Assembly: GCA_963605025.1 (NCBI GenBank)
Contig: CAVCSZ010000001.1
Location: 18,387-82,386, forward strand
Direction: 5' to 3'
From: a bacterium
Lineage (GTDB): Bacteria > Bacillota_I > Bacilli_A > RFN20 > CAG-826
Length of the DNA stretch: 64,000 nt
Shown here piece after piece: positions 42,052 through 50,353 of the stretch. The first letter of the stretch is position 1; every line of letters starts with the position of its first letter. The position numbers were made by a program, and so were the translations under genes. Below the pieces are notes generated by a model. It saw only the letters and a list, made by a program, of their open reading frames with translations. It was not told the origin of the DNA and searched no databases.

Positions 42052-42424
42052 TTATCAAGAAAAAGACATTGTAGAAGGAATTATAACTTCAATTAAAAAA
42101 TATGGAGTATTTTTATCATTTGAAGGTGCTTATTCTGGATTATTACATATTTCAGAAATTTCAAATAATTTCGTTAATAATATTGAAAAATATTTCCATT
42201 GTGGAGATAAAATTAAGGTTTATGTAAAAACCGTTGATAAAGAATCAAAATTCTTAGGTGTTTCATTAAAGAGATTACCTGAAGAATTAAATATTTATAA
42301 AGAGATTACACCTTCTAAGAAAATAACTGGATATCTAAAAGATATTGATTTTTCAAAATTAGGTAAATCTCTTTCAAATATGATAAAAGATGAACTAGAA
42401 AGGGAGAGTAAAGATGAGTATTAA
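42038..42424 (+). CDS. S1 RNA-binding domain protein (YabR/GSP13-like)
   Basis: DIVEGIITSIKKYGVFLSF...GLLHISEIS S1 fold signature. Overlaps ispD by 14 nt. Confidence 0.75.
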   Translation: MNEVNYQEKDIVEGIITSIKKYGVFLSFEGAYSGLLHISEISNNFVNNIEKYFHCGDKIKVYVKTVDKESKFLGVSLKRLPEELNIYKEITPSKKITGYLKDIDFSKLGKSLSNMIKDELERESKDEY

Positions 42425-43706
42425 AGTTGGATTTGAACATGTTGGTAAAAAGAATTTAGCACCATTTCAAGAATATGAAGAAAGAGTTCGTAATATAGAT
42501 TCAATGATTAATGAAGGAACAGGTTTAGGAAGCGATTATTTAGGATGGTTAACTTGGCCTACAGATTACGATAAAGATGAAGTTACTAGAATGCTTAAAA
42601 AAGCTATGGAATTCCAAACAAATTATGAAACATTAGTTGTTTGTGGAATTGGAGGAAGCTATCTTGGTGCTAGAGCATGTATTGAAGCATTATGTGGTTC
42701 TTTTAATGGTAATGCCAAAATGGAAGTTTTATTTTTTGGAAATACATTAGATCCTAATTATTCTTATGATTTATTAGATTATATTAAAAATAAAAAATTC
42801 TGTATTTGTGTAATATCAAAAAGTGGTACAACTACTGAAACTAGCGTTTCATTTAGAATTTTAAAAGAAATGCTTGAAAAAAAATTAGGTAAAGAAAAAG
42901 CAAAAGAAGCAATTGTTGCAATTACAGATAAAGAAAAAGGTGCATTAAAAACTTTAGCAGATAAAGAAGGATATGAAACTTATATTCTTCCTGGAAATAT
43001 TGGTGGAAGATTTTCAGTTATAACTCCTGTTGGTTTATTCCCAATTGCTTGTGCTGGTATAGATATTAATGCTTTATTAGCTGGTTGTAGAGACGCTCAA
43101 GAAGAATATAAAAATCCATCTATTTATGAAAATGCAGCATATCAATACGCTGTACAAAGAAACTTTTTATATAACAACGGTTATCAAGTTGAAATGTTAG
43201 TTTCATATGAACCTAGATTAAAAATGTTAAATGAATGGTGGAAGCAATTATTTGATGAAAGTGAAGGAAAAGCAAGCAAAGCTGTCTTAACTGCTTCTTG
43301 TACATTTACTACTGACTTACATTCTCTTGGACAATTTATTCAAGATGGAAGTAAAATTTTATATGAAACTGCAATTTTCGTTGATCATCCAACAAGTGAC
43401 GTTGAAGTTCCTTATGATGAAGAAAATCTTGATGAATTAAATTATTTAGCAGGTAAAAAATTATCATATATTAATGAAAAAGCTTATATTGGAACATTAA
43501 AAGCACATTCAGAAAATGGTGGAGTTCCAAATATTACACTTAACTTACAAACATTAGATGCAAGAAGTTTAGGTCATTTATTATATTTCTTCATGAAATC
43601 ATGTGCAATGAGTGCATATTTGCTTGGTGTTAATCCATTTAACCAACCTGGTGTTGAAATTTATAAGAAAAATATGTTCCATCTTCTTGGAAAAAAAGGA
43701 TATTAA
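42414..43706 (+). CDS. pgi: Glucose-6-phosphate isomerase
   Basis: 430 aa. CGIGGSYLG, SKSGTTTET, GGRFSV motifs. AGGGAGAG RBS. Confidence 0.95.
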   Translation: MSIKVGFEHVGKKNLAPFQEYEERVRNIDSMINEGTGLGSDYLGWLTWPTDYDKDEVTRMLKKAMEFQTNYETLVVCGIGGSYLGARACIEALCGSFNGNAKMEVLFFGNTLDPNYSYDLLDYIKNKKFCICVISKSGTTTETSVSFRILKEMLEKKLGKEKAKEAIVAITDKEKGALKTLADKEGYETYILPGNIGGRFSVITPVGLFPIACAGIDINALLAGCRDAQEEYKNPSIYENAAYQYAVQRNFLYNNGYQVEMLVSYEPRLKMLNEWWKQLFDESEGKASKAVLTASCTFTTDLHSLGQFIQDGSKILYETAIFVDHPTSDVEVPYDEENLDELNYLAGKKLSYINEKAYIGTLKAHSENGGVPNITLNLQTLDARSLGHLLYFFMKSCAMSAYLLGVNPFNQPGVEIYKKNMFHLLGKKGY

Positions 43707-43741
43707 TAAAAACCCGTTATCTCTTGATAACGGGTTTTATA
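43707..43741. terminator. Bidirectional terminator (pgi / membrane protein gene)
   Basis: AAACCCGTTATC-tctt-GATAACGGGTTT with flanking A and T runs. Confidence 0.85.
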
Positions 43742-44126
43742 AATTCTCTTTCGTAACGATAATTAATATTAAATTAATCAAATATAATATTAAAATTAAT
43801 AAAAAATAATATATGATAAAATTTGCTATTAATCCATAAAAAACACAACCTAATGCTGAAATTAAACAAAATACTAATGATAATATATAAAAAAGTTTTT
43901 TTCTTAAAAAAGCAAAAAGAATTTCAAATGTGAACATACCAACAATAACAAAAATATCAATATTATATTCAATTCCTAAACTTATTTGACTTCTTACTTC
44001 TCCTTCTTTATAAGCAATTATCGGAGCAAATCTTAAAGAAATAAAAACTATAAATAATAAAGACATTATTATCATAGCAACTATAGTACTTTTTTTTAAA
44101 TTTATTTTTTTATCATTAATTTCCAT
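43737..44126 (-). CDS. Hypothetical 4-TM membrane protein
   Basis: 129 aa, four hydrophobic segments, no family recognised. Confidence 0.55.
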   Translation of the reverse strand: MEINDKKINLKKSTIVAMIIMSLLFIVFISLRFAPIIAYKEGEVRSQISLGIEYNIDIFVIVGMFTFEILFAFLRKKLFYILSLVFCLISALGCVFYGLIANFIIYYFLLILILYLINLILIIVTKENL

Positions 44127-44218
44127 ATTATTATTATAAAAAAATTCTAGAATTAATTTAAGAAAAAGTTTATAATTTTAATGTCAAAAAAGAAATTAAA
44201 TATTTTTAATTTAAACCA

Positions 44219-44247
44219 TTGACAATATATCTTAGATTTGATATATT
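44219..44247 (+). promoter_or_regulatory. Putative promoter of the 5-tRNA cluster
   Basis: ATGACA (44219-44224), 17-nt spacer ending in TGa, TATATT (44242-44247). Confidence 0.5.
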
Positions 44248-44276
44248 ATTAGAGCACGTTAAGACGTGTAACGGAA

Positions 44277-44352
44277 GGATGTTTAGCTCAGCTGGGAGAG
44301 CATCGCCTTTACACGGCGGAGGTCAGAGGTTCGAGCCCTCTAACATCCACCA
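44277..44352 (+). tRNA. tRNA-Val (anticodon TAC)
   Basis: GGATGTT.../AACATCC-A-CCA, loop TTTACAC, AGCTCAGCTGGGAGAGC D-arm. Confidence 0.9.
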
Positions 44353-44368
44353 AGTAGTAATCCTTAAC

Positions 44369-44452
44369 GGGAGGGTAGCGAAGAGGCTAAACGCGGTTGA
44401 CTGTAAATCAATTCCTTCGGGTTCGGCAGTTCGAATCTGCCCCCTCCCACCA
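44369..44452 (+). tRNA. tRNA-Tyr (anticodon GTA), long variable arm
   Basis: GGGAGGG/CCCTCCC-A-CCA, loop CTGTAAA, T-arm GGCAG-TTCGAAT-CTGCC. Confidence 0.9.
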
Positions 44453-44462
44453 CTTTCTTTAT

Positions 44463-44538
44463 TGGAGTGTAGCCAAGAGGTAAGGCAACAGACTTTGACT
44501 CTGTCATTCCGCTGGTTCGAGTCCAGCCACTCCAGCCA
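44463..44538 (+). tRNA. tRNA-Gln (anticodon TTG)
   Basis: TGGAGTG/CACTCCA-G-CCA, loop CTTTGAC. Confidence 0.88.
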
Positions 44539-44549
44539 AAAAACATTAT

Positions 44550-44626
44550 GACCCACTAGCTCAGCTGGCTAGAGCACTTCACTTTTAATGAAGGGGTCTG
44601 GAGTTCGAATCTCCAGTGGGTCACCA
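44550..44626 (+). tRNA. tRNA-Lys (anticodon TTT)
   Basis: GACCCAC/GTGGGTC-A-CCA, anticodon stem CTTCA/TGAAG, loop CTTTTAA. Confidence 0.9.
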
Positions 44627-44633
44627 ATCTTTT

Positions 44634-44720
44634 GCCCAGGTGGCGGAATAGGTAGACGCGCAGGACTTAAAATCCTGTTGTAGCGATACAGTACCGGTTC
44701 GATTCCGGTCCCGGGCACCA
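44634..44720 (+). tRNA. tRNA-Leu (anticodon TAA), long variable arm
   Basis: GCCCAGG.../CCCGGGC-A-CCA (one A-C mismatch), stem CAGGA/TCCTG, loop CTTAAAA. Confidence 0.88.
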
Positions 44721-44766
44721 AGATTTAAAACATCAAGTATTTATTACTTGTTCTATTATATATATG

Positions 44767-44792
44767 CGACTAAGAATTCTTAGTCTTTTTTT
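44767..44792 (+). terminator. Terminator of the tRNA cluster
   Basis: Palindromic GACTAAGAATTCTTAGTC followed by T7. Confidence 0.75.
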
Positions 44793-44831
44793 ATGGAAAA
44801 ATACAATAACAATGCTTTATAATATTAATGT

Positions 44832-45128
44832 ATGGAAAACGAAGAAATTATTGAAAAAATAAAAGAAACTTTAAAGAAGATACAACCTTTTCTCGAAAGA
44901 GATGGCGGAAGCTGTGAATTCGATTCGTTTGAAGATGGAATTGTTTATGTTACTATGCAAGGAGCATGCGATGGATGTGGCTTAGTAAGTGATACATTAG
45001 AAGGAGGAATCGAAGTAATTCTCATGGAAGAAGTTCCTGGAGTTGTTGCAGTTAGACTTTCTAGTGAAAAAGAAACAGTCCAAAAAGCTTTAAAAGAAAT
45101 TGATGAAAATAAAAAAATCGAGAATTAA
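44832..45128 (+). CDS. NifU-like (Nfu C-terminal domain) Fe-S cluster carrier
   Basis: IQPFLERDGGSCEF...GACDGCG CxxC motif; 98 aa. Confidence 0.85.
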   Translation: MENEEIIEKIKETLKKIQPFLERDGGSCEFDSFEDGIVYVTMQGACDGCGLVSDTLEGGIEVILMEEVPGVVAVRLSSEKETVQKALKEIDENKKIEN

Positions 45129-45144
45129 TTTCTCGATTTTTTTA
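45111..45144. terminator. Bidirectional terminator (nfu-like / IMPase-family gene)
   Basis: ATCGAGAA-ttaat-TTCTCGAT flanked by A7 and T7. Overlaps the nfu stop. Confidence 0.75.
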
Positions 45145-45924
45145 TAATAACCAATTTTTTAAATTATTTAATATAATATATGTTCCATTATAAACGTCTT
45201 CACGATTATATGTCATACGTTTTTTATTTAAATCTAAAACGTAACCACCAGCTTCTTCAACTATAATTTGAAAAGCTGCAGTATCCCATTCTTTTGTGCC
45301 TCTTTTTAATCGATAAGATATTTCAGCGCTTCCTTCTGCAATTTTACATGCTTTACAAGTAGCACCACATTTTTCAACGTTAGTTATTGTATCTTTATAT
45401 TTTTCAAATAATTTTTCTTCTTCTTCACAAGAATGAAATCTTGATCTTAAAGCAGTTAAATTGCTAGTTTTATCATTAACTTTAATTTTTGATACTTCAT
45501 TAGTGTTTAAATCAATTTTATAAGAACCTTCGCCTTTAATACCATAATAAATTAAATTTTTAGCTGGTACTGCTACAACTCCTACAACAATTTCATGTTT
45601 ATAACATAATGCTATATTGCATGTAAATTCATTAAAACCATTTATAAAATCTTCTGTTCCATCAATTGGGTCAATAATAAAGACATAATCATTTTTTAAT
45701 CTTTCTTTATTATCGATTGATTCCTCTGTTAAAAAGGAATAATTAGGAAATTTTTTACTTAAAATATTTTTAACCAAAGCATCGGTAGTTTTATCAGCTT
45801 CAGTTACAGGAGAATTATCTTCTTTAATTTCTACATTAAATCCTTTTTTATAATAGTTCATAATATTCAAAGAAGCTGCCTTAGCAGCTTCTAACATTGA
45901 ACTAAATTCTTTTTCAAAATTCAT
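45142..45924 (-). CDS. Inositol monophosphatase family protein (SuhB/CysQ-like)
   Basis: FLTEE, IIDPIDGTEDF, EWDTAA motifs. Confidence 0.8.
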   Translation of the reverse strand: MNFEKEFSSMLEAAKAASLNIMNYYKKGFNVEIKEDNSPVTEADKTTDALVKNILSKKFPNYSFLTEESIDNKERLKNDYVFIIDPIDGTEDFINGFNEFTCNIALCYKHEIVVGVVAVPAKNLIYYGIKGEGSYKIDLNTNEVSKIKVNDKTSNLTALRSRFHSCEEEEKLFEKYKDTITNVEKCGATCKACKIAEGSAEISYRLKRGTKEWDTAAFQIIVEEAGGYVLDLNKKRMTYNREDVYNGTYIILNNLKNWLL

Positions 45925-46790
45925 TATAAAGCCTTTCCATCACTACCGAATTCTTTGATTTTTTCTTTAACGATAGAAATCATTGCTTCATAACCAGGTT
46001 TTAATAATTTTCTTGGATCGTAACCTTTTCCTTCTAAATCTTTTCCTGCTTCGACATATTTTCTTGTAGCAGCAGCAAATTGAAGTTGTAATTCTGTATT
46101 AACGTTAATTTTTGATACGCCTAAAGAAATAGCTTTCTTAATTTGATCTTCAGGAATACCAGTTCCTCCGTGTAAAACAAGTGGTTTACCATTAGTTGCA
46201 TTTTGAATTTCACTTAATCTTTCGAAATTTAATCCTTTCCAATCGCTTGGATAAATACCATGAATATTACCAATGCCAGCAGCTAAGAAGTCAACACCTA
46301 AAGCAGCAATTGTTTTACATTCTTCAGGATCAGCTAATTCACCATTAGATGTAACACCATCTTCTGTTCCGCCAATTCCACCAACTTCACATTCAATACT
46401 TGCACCAATTGAATGTGCTGCTTTAATTAATTCTTTTGATTTTTCTAAATTTTCTTCAAATGGATAATGAGAACCATCAAACATAATTGAAGTAAAACCA
46501 GCTTCTAAGCAAGCTTTTGCACCATCGTAAGTACCATGATCTAAATGTAATGCGACAGGAACTGTAATATTTAAGTTATCGTGAATATTTTTAACCATAG
46601 CAACAACAGTTTTAAAGCCACACATATATTTTCCTGCACCTTCAGAAACACCTAAAATTACAGGTGATTTCATTTCTTCTGCAGCAGTTAAAATAGCTTT
46701 AATCCATTCCATGTTATTGATATTAAAAGCACCAATTGCATAATGACCATCATGTGCTTTTTTAATCATTTCAGCAGCATTTACTAACAT
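45924..46790 (-). CDS. fba: Class II fructose-1,6-bisphosphate aldolase
   Basis: LHLDHG, MFDGSH, HGGTGIP motifs; 288 aa. Confidence 0.95.
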   Translation of the reverse strand: MLVNAAEMIKKAHDGHYAIGAFNINNMEWIKAILTAAEEMKSPVILGVSEGAGKYMCGFKTVVAMVKNIHDNLNITVPVALHLDHGTYDGAKACLEAGFTSIMFDGSHYPFEENLEKSKELIKAAHSIGASIECEVGGIGGTEDGVTSNGELADPEECKTIAALGVDFLAAGIGNIHGIYPSDWKGLNFERLSEIQNATNGKPLVLHGGTGIPEDQIKKAISLGVSKINVNTELQLQFAAATRKYVEAGKDLEGKGYDPRKLLKPGYEAMISIVKEKIKEFGSDGKAL

Positions 46791-46830
46791 AAATTTCCTC
46801 CTTATATATTTAAATTTTTATTAGTCGAAA

Positions 46831-47217
46831 TTAATATTCTTCCTTTTCAGAAAGTTCTTCCTCATCTTCATCATCGACGTCACCTTTTAAAATATTGTCA
46901 GTTTCATCGGATTCTTCATCACTTTCTTCTTCAGAAATTTCTTTTTCACTATCATAAAAGCTTTGCATATCGACATTAATTTCATCAAATTTTCTTCTTT
47001 TTCTTAAATCAATAACATTATTTTTTAAAATAGCAAAACGACCATCTAATGATAAATTTGAAAATAATTCAGAAATTAAATTTGATTTTTCATCTTCACT
47101 AATTTCTTTTAATTCGCAAGTCTTATTAAATAATTCAGAAAAGCTAATTTCAGAACCATTTTCTTCTAAAATAATATAGGCTACATCAGCCATTGATAAA
47201 TTTTTATAATTTTCCAT
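46831..47217 (-). CDS. rpoE: RNA polymerase delta subunit
   Basis: N-terminal HARE-HTH-like MADVAYIILEENGSEISFSELF plus a long acidic C-terminal tail (EEESDEESDE...DDEDEEE). Confidence 0.8.
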   Translation of the reverse strand: MENYKNLSMADVAYIILEENGSEISFSELFNKTCELKEISEDEKSNLISELFSNLSLDGRFAILKNNVIDLRKRRKFDEINVDMQSFYDSEKEISEEESDEESDETDNILKGDVDDEDEEELSEKEEY

Positions 47218-47267
47218 AATTACCTCAACACTAAAATTATACTTTAATATTAATAAAATTTCTATAA

Positions 47268-48695
47268 TTATAATCTATTAATACATTCATCTTTTCCAAG
47301 AATTTTTATAAGATTATGCATTTCGATTCCGTGACTATAACCAGTTAATGAAAGTCTTATAGGCATAAAGATTTCTTTTCCTTTTAAACCTGTTTCATTT
47401 TTTATTTCATTAAATATGTTTTTAATTGAATCTTGATTAATATCATTAATTTTAATTAATTTATCTTTAAAAAGATTTTTTACTAAATTTGAACTTTCTT
47501 TATTTAAAATTTCTTTTTCTTCATCTGATAAATTTTCATTTTTAACTAAAATATTATTAATTAAATCAACAATTTCATTTCCGAATTGAAGTTCATTTTT
47601 AAACATTAATGAGACTTCTTTTTTATTTAAATTAGAATTAAGATTAACTTTATTTATATATGGTAAAATAAATTCATAATATTCATCATCACTCATATTT
47701 TTAATATAATGTGAATTAATCCATAATAAACGTTTTGAATCAAACATTGCAGGACTTCTAGAAAGTCTTGATGGATCAAAAGATTTAATTGCATCTTCTA
47801 AAGATATAATTTCTCTTCCTTCTTCATCTGTATAGCCTAACAAGAATAAGAAATTTAAAATTGCTTCTGGTACATAACCAAGTTCTTTATATTGAGACAT
47901 AAATTGTAAAATATTATGATCTCTCTTTGATAATTTTTTTCCATTAGGATTTACAATTATAGTCATATGTCCAAATTCTGGTGCTTCCCATCCAAAATAT
48001 TCATAAATTTGAAGTTGTTTTGGAGTATTAGATAAGTGTTCTTCACCTCTTAATACATGTGTTATTTCCATTAAATGATCATCTACAACAACTGCGAAAT
48101 TATAGGTAGGAATGCCATTAGATTTCATAATAATAAAATCACCAATATCATCACTATTAAAACTAACTTCACCTCTTACTAAATCGTTAAACTTTAATTC
48201 ATGATTAGAAGACATTTTTAGTCTTATAGAAGGTTTTCTACCTTCTTTAATGTATTTTTCTTTTTCTTCTGGAGTTAAAGTTAAGGAATGTCTATCATAC
48301 TTAAAAGATTTTACACCTCTTGAAAGTTGTTCTTCTTTCATAGCTTCAAGTTCTTCTGTAGTATCAAAACATTCGTAAGCATATCCTTTTTTAACAAGTT
48401 CATCACAATATTTTTTATAAATATCTAATTTCTCCATTTGACGATATGGAGCATACTTAGGATTTGGATTTTCTGTAGATTCATCAGGAACTATTCCTAA
48501 CCAAATTAAATCATGTAATTGTTCGCTTTCAGCACCTTCAATGTTTCTTTCAATATCAGTATCTTCAATTCTAAAAACAAAATCACCATTAAATTTTTTT
48601 GCATATAAATAATTAAATAAAGCACTTCTTGCACCACCAATATGTAAATAACCAGTTGGTGATGGTGCATATCTAACTCTAATCTTCTTTTCCAT
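47268..48695 (-). CDS. gltX: Glutamate--tRNA ligase
   Basis: HIGGAR (HIGH) and KLSKR (KMSKS) motifs; 475 aa. Confidence 0.96.
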   Translation of the reverse strand: MEKKIRVRYAPSPTGYLHIGGARSALFNYLYAKKFNGDFVFRIEDTDIERNIEGAESEQLHDLIWLGIVPDESTENPNPKYAPYRQMEKLDIYKKYCDELVKKGYAYECFDTTEELEAMKEEQLSRGVKSFKYDRHSLTLTPEEKEKYIKEGRKPSIRLKMSSNHELKFNDLVRGEVSFNSDDIGDFIIMKSNGIPTYNFAVVVDDHLMEITHVLRGEEHLSNTPKQLQIYEYFGWEAPEFGHMTIIVNPNGKKLSKRDHNILQFMSQYKELGYVPEAILNFLFLLGYTDEEGREIISLEDAIKSFDPSRLSRSPAMFDSKRLLWINSHYIKNMSDDEYYEFILPYINKVNLNSNLNKKEVSLMFKNELQFGNEIVDLINNILVKNENLSDEEKEILNKESSNLVKNLFKDKLIKINDINQDSIKNIFNEIKNETGLKGKEIFMPIRLSLTGYSHGIEMHNLIKILGKDECINRL

Positions 48696-49170
48696 AATTA
48701 ATCTCCTTTAACAAGCAAATTGAATAACTTTCAATTGCTTGACAATTTCCTACTTCTCCTAATCCTTCATTAGTACCTGCTTTAATTGATATTTTATTTA
48801 AATCTATATCTAAATGAAAAGAAATAATCTCTTTCATTTTATCAATATATTCTTTTAATTTAGGTTTTTCACAAGAAATAAATACATCTATATATTCTAT
48901 ATCATATTTTTCATTTAAAAGAATTTTTTTCATTTCATCTAAAAAGAAAATTGAAGAAATATTTTTATATTTATCATCAGTATCAGGAAATAGCTTTCCA
49001 ATATCTCCTTTATTTAAAGCACCAATTAAAGAATCTACAATGGAATGTATCACTACATCTCCATCACTATGAGCAACAAGTCCTTTTTCAAAAGGAATTT
49101 CTACTCCACCCAAAATTAATTTTCTATTATTTTCTAATTTATGAATATCTTTAGCAAACCCAATTCTCAT
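48679..49170 (-). CDS. ispF: 2-C-methyl-D-erythritol 2,4-cyclodiphosphate synthase
   Basis: HSDGDVVIHSIVDSLIGA motif. Lies upstream of gltX as in Bacillus. 17-nt overlap with gltX. Confidence 0.9.
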   Translation of the reverse strand: MRIGFAKDIHKLENNRKLILGGVEIPFEKGLVAHSDGDVVIHSIVDSLIGALNKGDIGKLFPDTDDKYKNISSIFFLDEMKKILLNEKYDIEYIDVFISCEKPKLKEYIDKMKEIISFHLDIDLNKISIKAGTNEGLGEVGNCQAIESYSICLLKEINYGKED

Positions 49171-49172
49171 AA

Positions 49173-50276
49173 TTAAACATTAAATCTAAAGAAGAAAATA
49201 TCTCCATCTTTAGCAATATAATCTTTTCCTTCGATTCTAATCTTTCCATTATCTTTTAAAGCTTGTTCGCTTTTAAATTCTTTAATATCATCAAAATTAT
49301 AAGTTTCTGCTCTAATAAAACCTTTCTTAAAATCGGTATGAATAATTCCAGCACAATCAGGAGCTAACATTCCGTTTTTAAAAGTCCAAGCTCTAACTTC
49401 ATCTTCCCCAACTGTAAAAAATGTAGATAAATTTAAAAGTTTATAAGAAGCTTTAATTAATGTATCAAGTCCAGAAGATTCAGCGCCAATTTCTTTTAAA
49501 AATTCTATTTTTTCTTCTTTTGAATATTGAGATAACTCAGCTTCAATTTCACAGCTTACTGGAATAACATCAGCATTTTCTAATTTTGCATATTCTTTTA
49601 AAGCTTTTACATATTTATCTTCATCAGGATTTTTTAAAGAATCTTCACAAACATTACTAACATAAATAATTGGTTTAGCAGTTAAAAATGAATAATTCTT
49701 TAATAATTTATTTTCTTCTTCTGTTAAACTTAAAGTTCTTACAGATTTTTCTTCTTCTAAAACTTTTCTTACTTTACTTAATAAATTAAATTCTGCAATT
49801 GATTCTTTATCTTTTTGAATTCTTGCTTTATTTTCAATTTTGCTTATTCTATTAACACAAGTATCCAAATCAGCTAAAATAAGTTCTAAATTTATAATTT
49901 GAGCATCCCTTACTGGATCAATAGAATTTTCAACGTGAATAATTTCATTATTATCAAAACATCTAACAACTTCTATAATTGCGTCACATTCTCTAATATT
50001 AGCGAGAAACTGATTTCCTAAACCTTCGCCTTTACTAGCGCCTTTAACTAAACCTGCAATATCGAAAAATTCAAAAGTAGTATATATAGTCTTTTTTGGT
50101 TTAAAAATATCAACTAAAAAATCAACTCTAGAATCAGGAACCATAACTACCCCAACATTTGGGTTTATGGTTGCAAAAGGATAGTTTGCAGCTTCAACTT
50201 TACTATTTGTAATTGCATTAAATAATGTTGATTTTCCTACATTAGGTAATCCAACAATGCCTGCTTTTAATCCCAT
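49173..50276 (-). CDS. ychF: Redox-regulated ATPase YchF
   Basis: GIVGLPNVGKSTLFNA; C-terminal TGS/DUF933 (FIRAE); 367 aa. Confidence 0.95.
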   Translation of the reverse strand: MGLKAGIVGLPNVGKSTLFNAITNSKVEAANYPFATINPNVGVVMVPDSRVDFLVDIFKPKKTIYTTFEFFDIAGLVKGASKGEGLGNQFLANIRECDAIIEVVRCFDNNEIIHVENSIDPVRDAQIINLELILADLDTCVNRISKIENKARIQKDKESIAEFNLLSKVRKVLEEEKSVRTLSLTEEENKLLKNYSFLTAKPIIYVSNVCEDSLKNPDEDKYVKALKEYAKLENADVIPVSCEIEAELSQYSKEEKIEFLKEIGAESSGLDTLIKASYKLLNLSTFFTVGEDEVRAWTFKNGMLAPDCAGIIHTDFKKGFIRAETYNFDDIKEFKSEQALKDNGKIRIEGKDYIAKDGDIFFFRFNV

Positions 50277-50353
50277 TTTATAATCTCCTCGTAATCTTAA
50301 ATATTATATAAACTTTTAATATAAAAATCATTAAATTATAATATTTTTATTGT

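Noticed and set aside
44219-44556. Three ORFs (110, 77 and 60 aa) spanning 44219-44556 on both strands.
   Set aside because: They run straight through the tRNA-Val, tRNA-Tyr, tRNA-Gln and tRNA-Lys genes. Their open frames come from GC-rich tRNA sequence in an AT-rich genome.
44721-44766. Hairpin CAAGTA-tttat-TACTTG right after tRNA-Leu(TAA) as the cluster terminator.
   Set aside because: It is a 6-bp AT-rich stem without a clean U tract. The much stronger palindrome GACTAAGAATTCTTAGTC plus T7 at 44767-44792 is the more plausible terminator.
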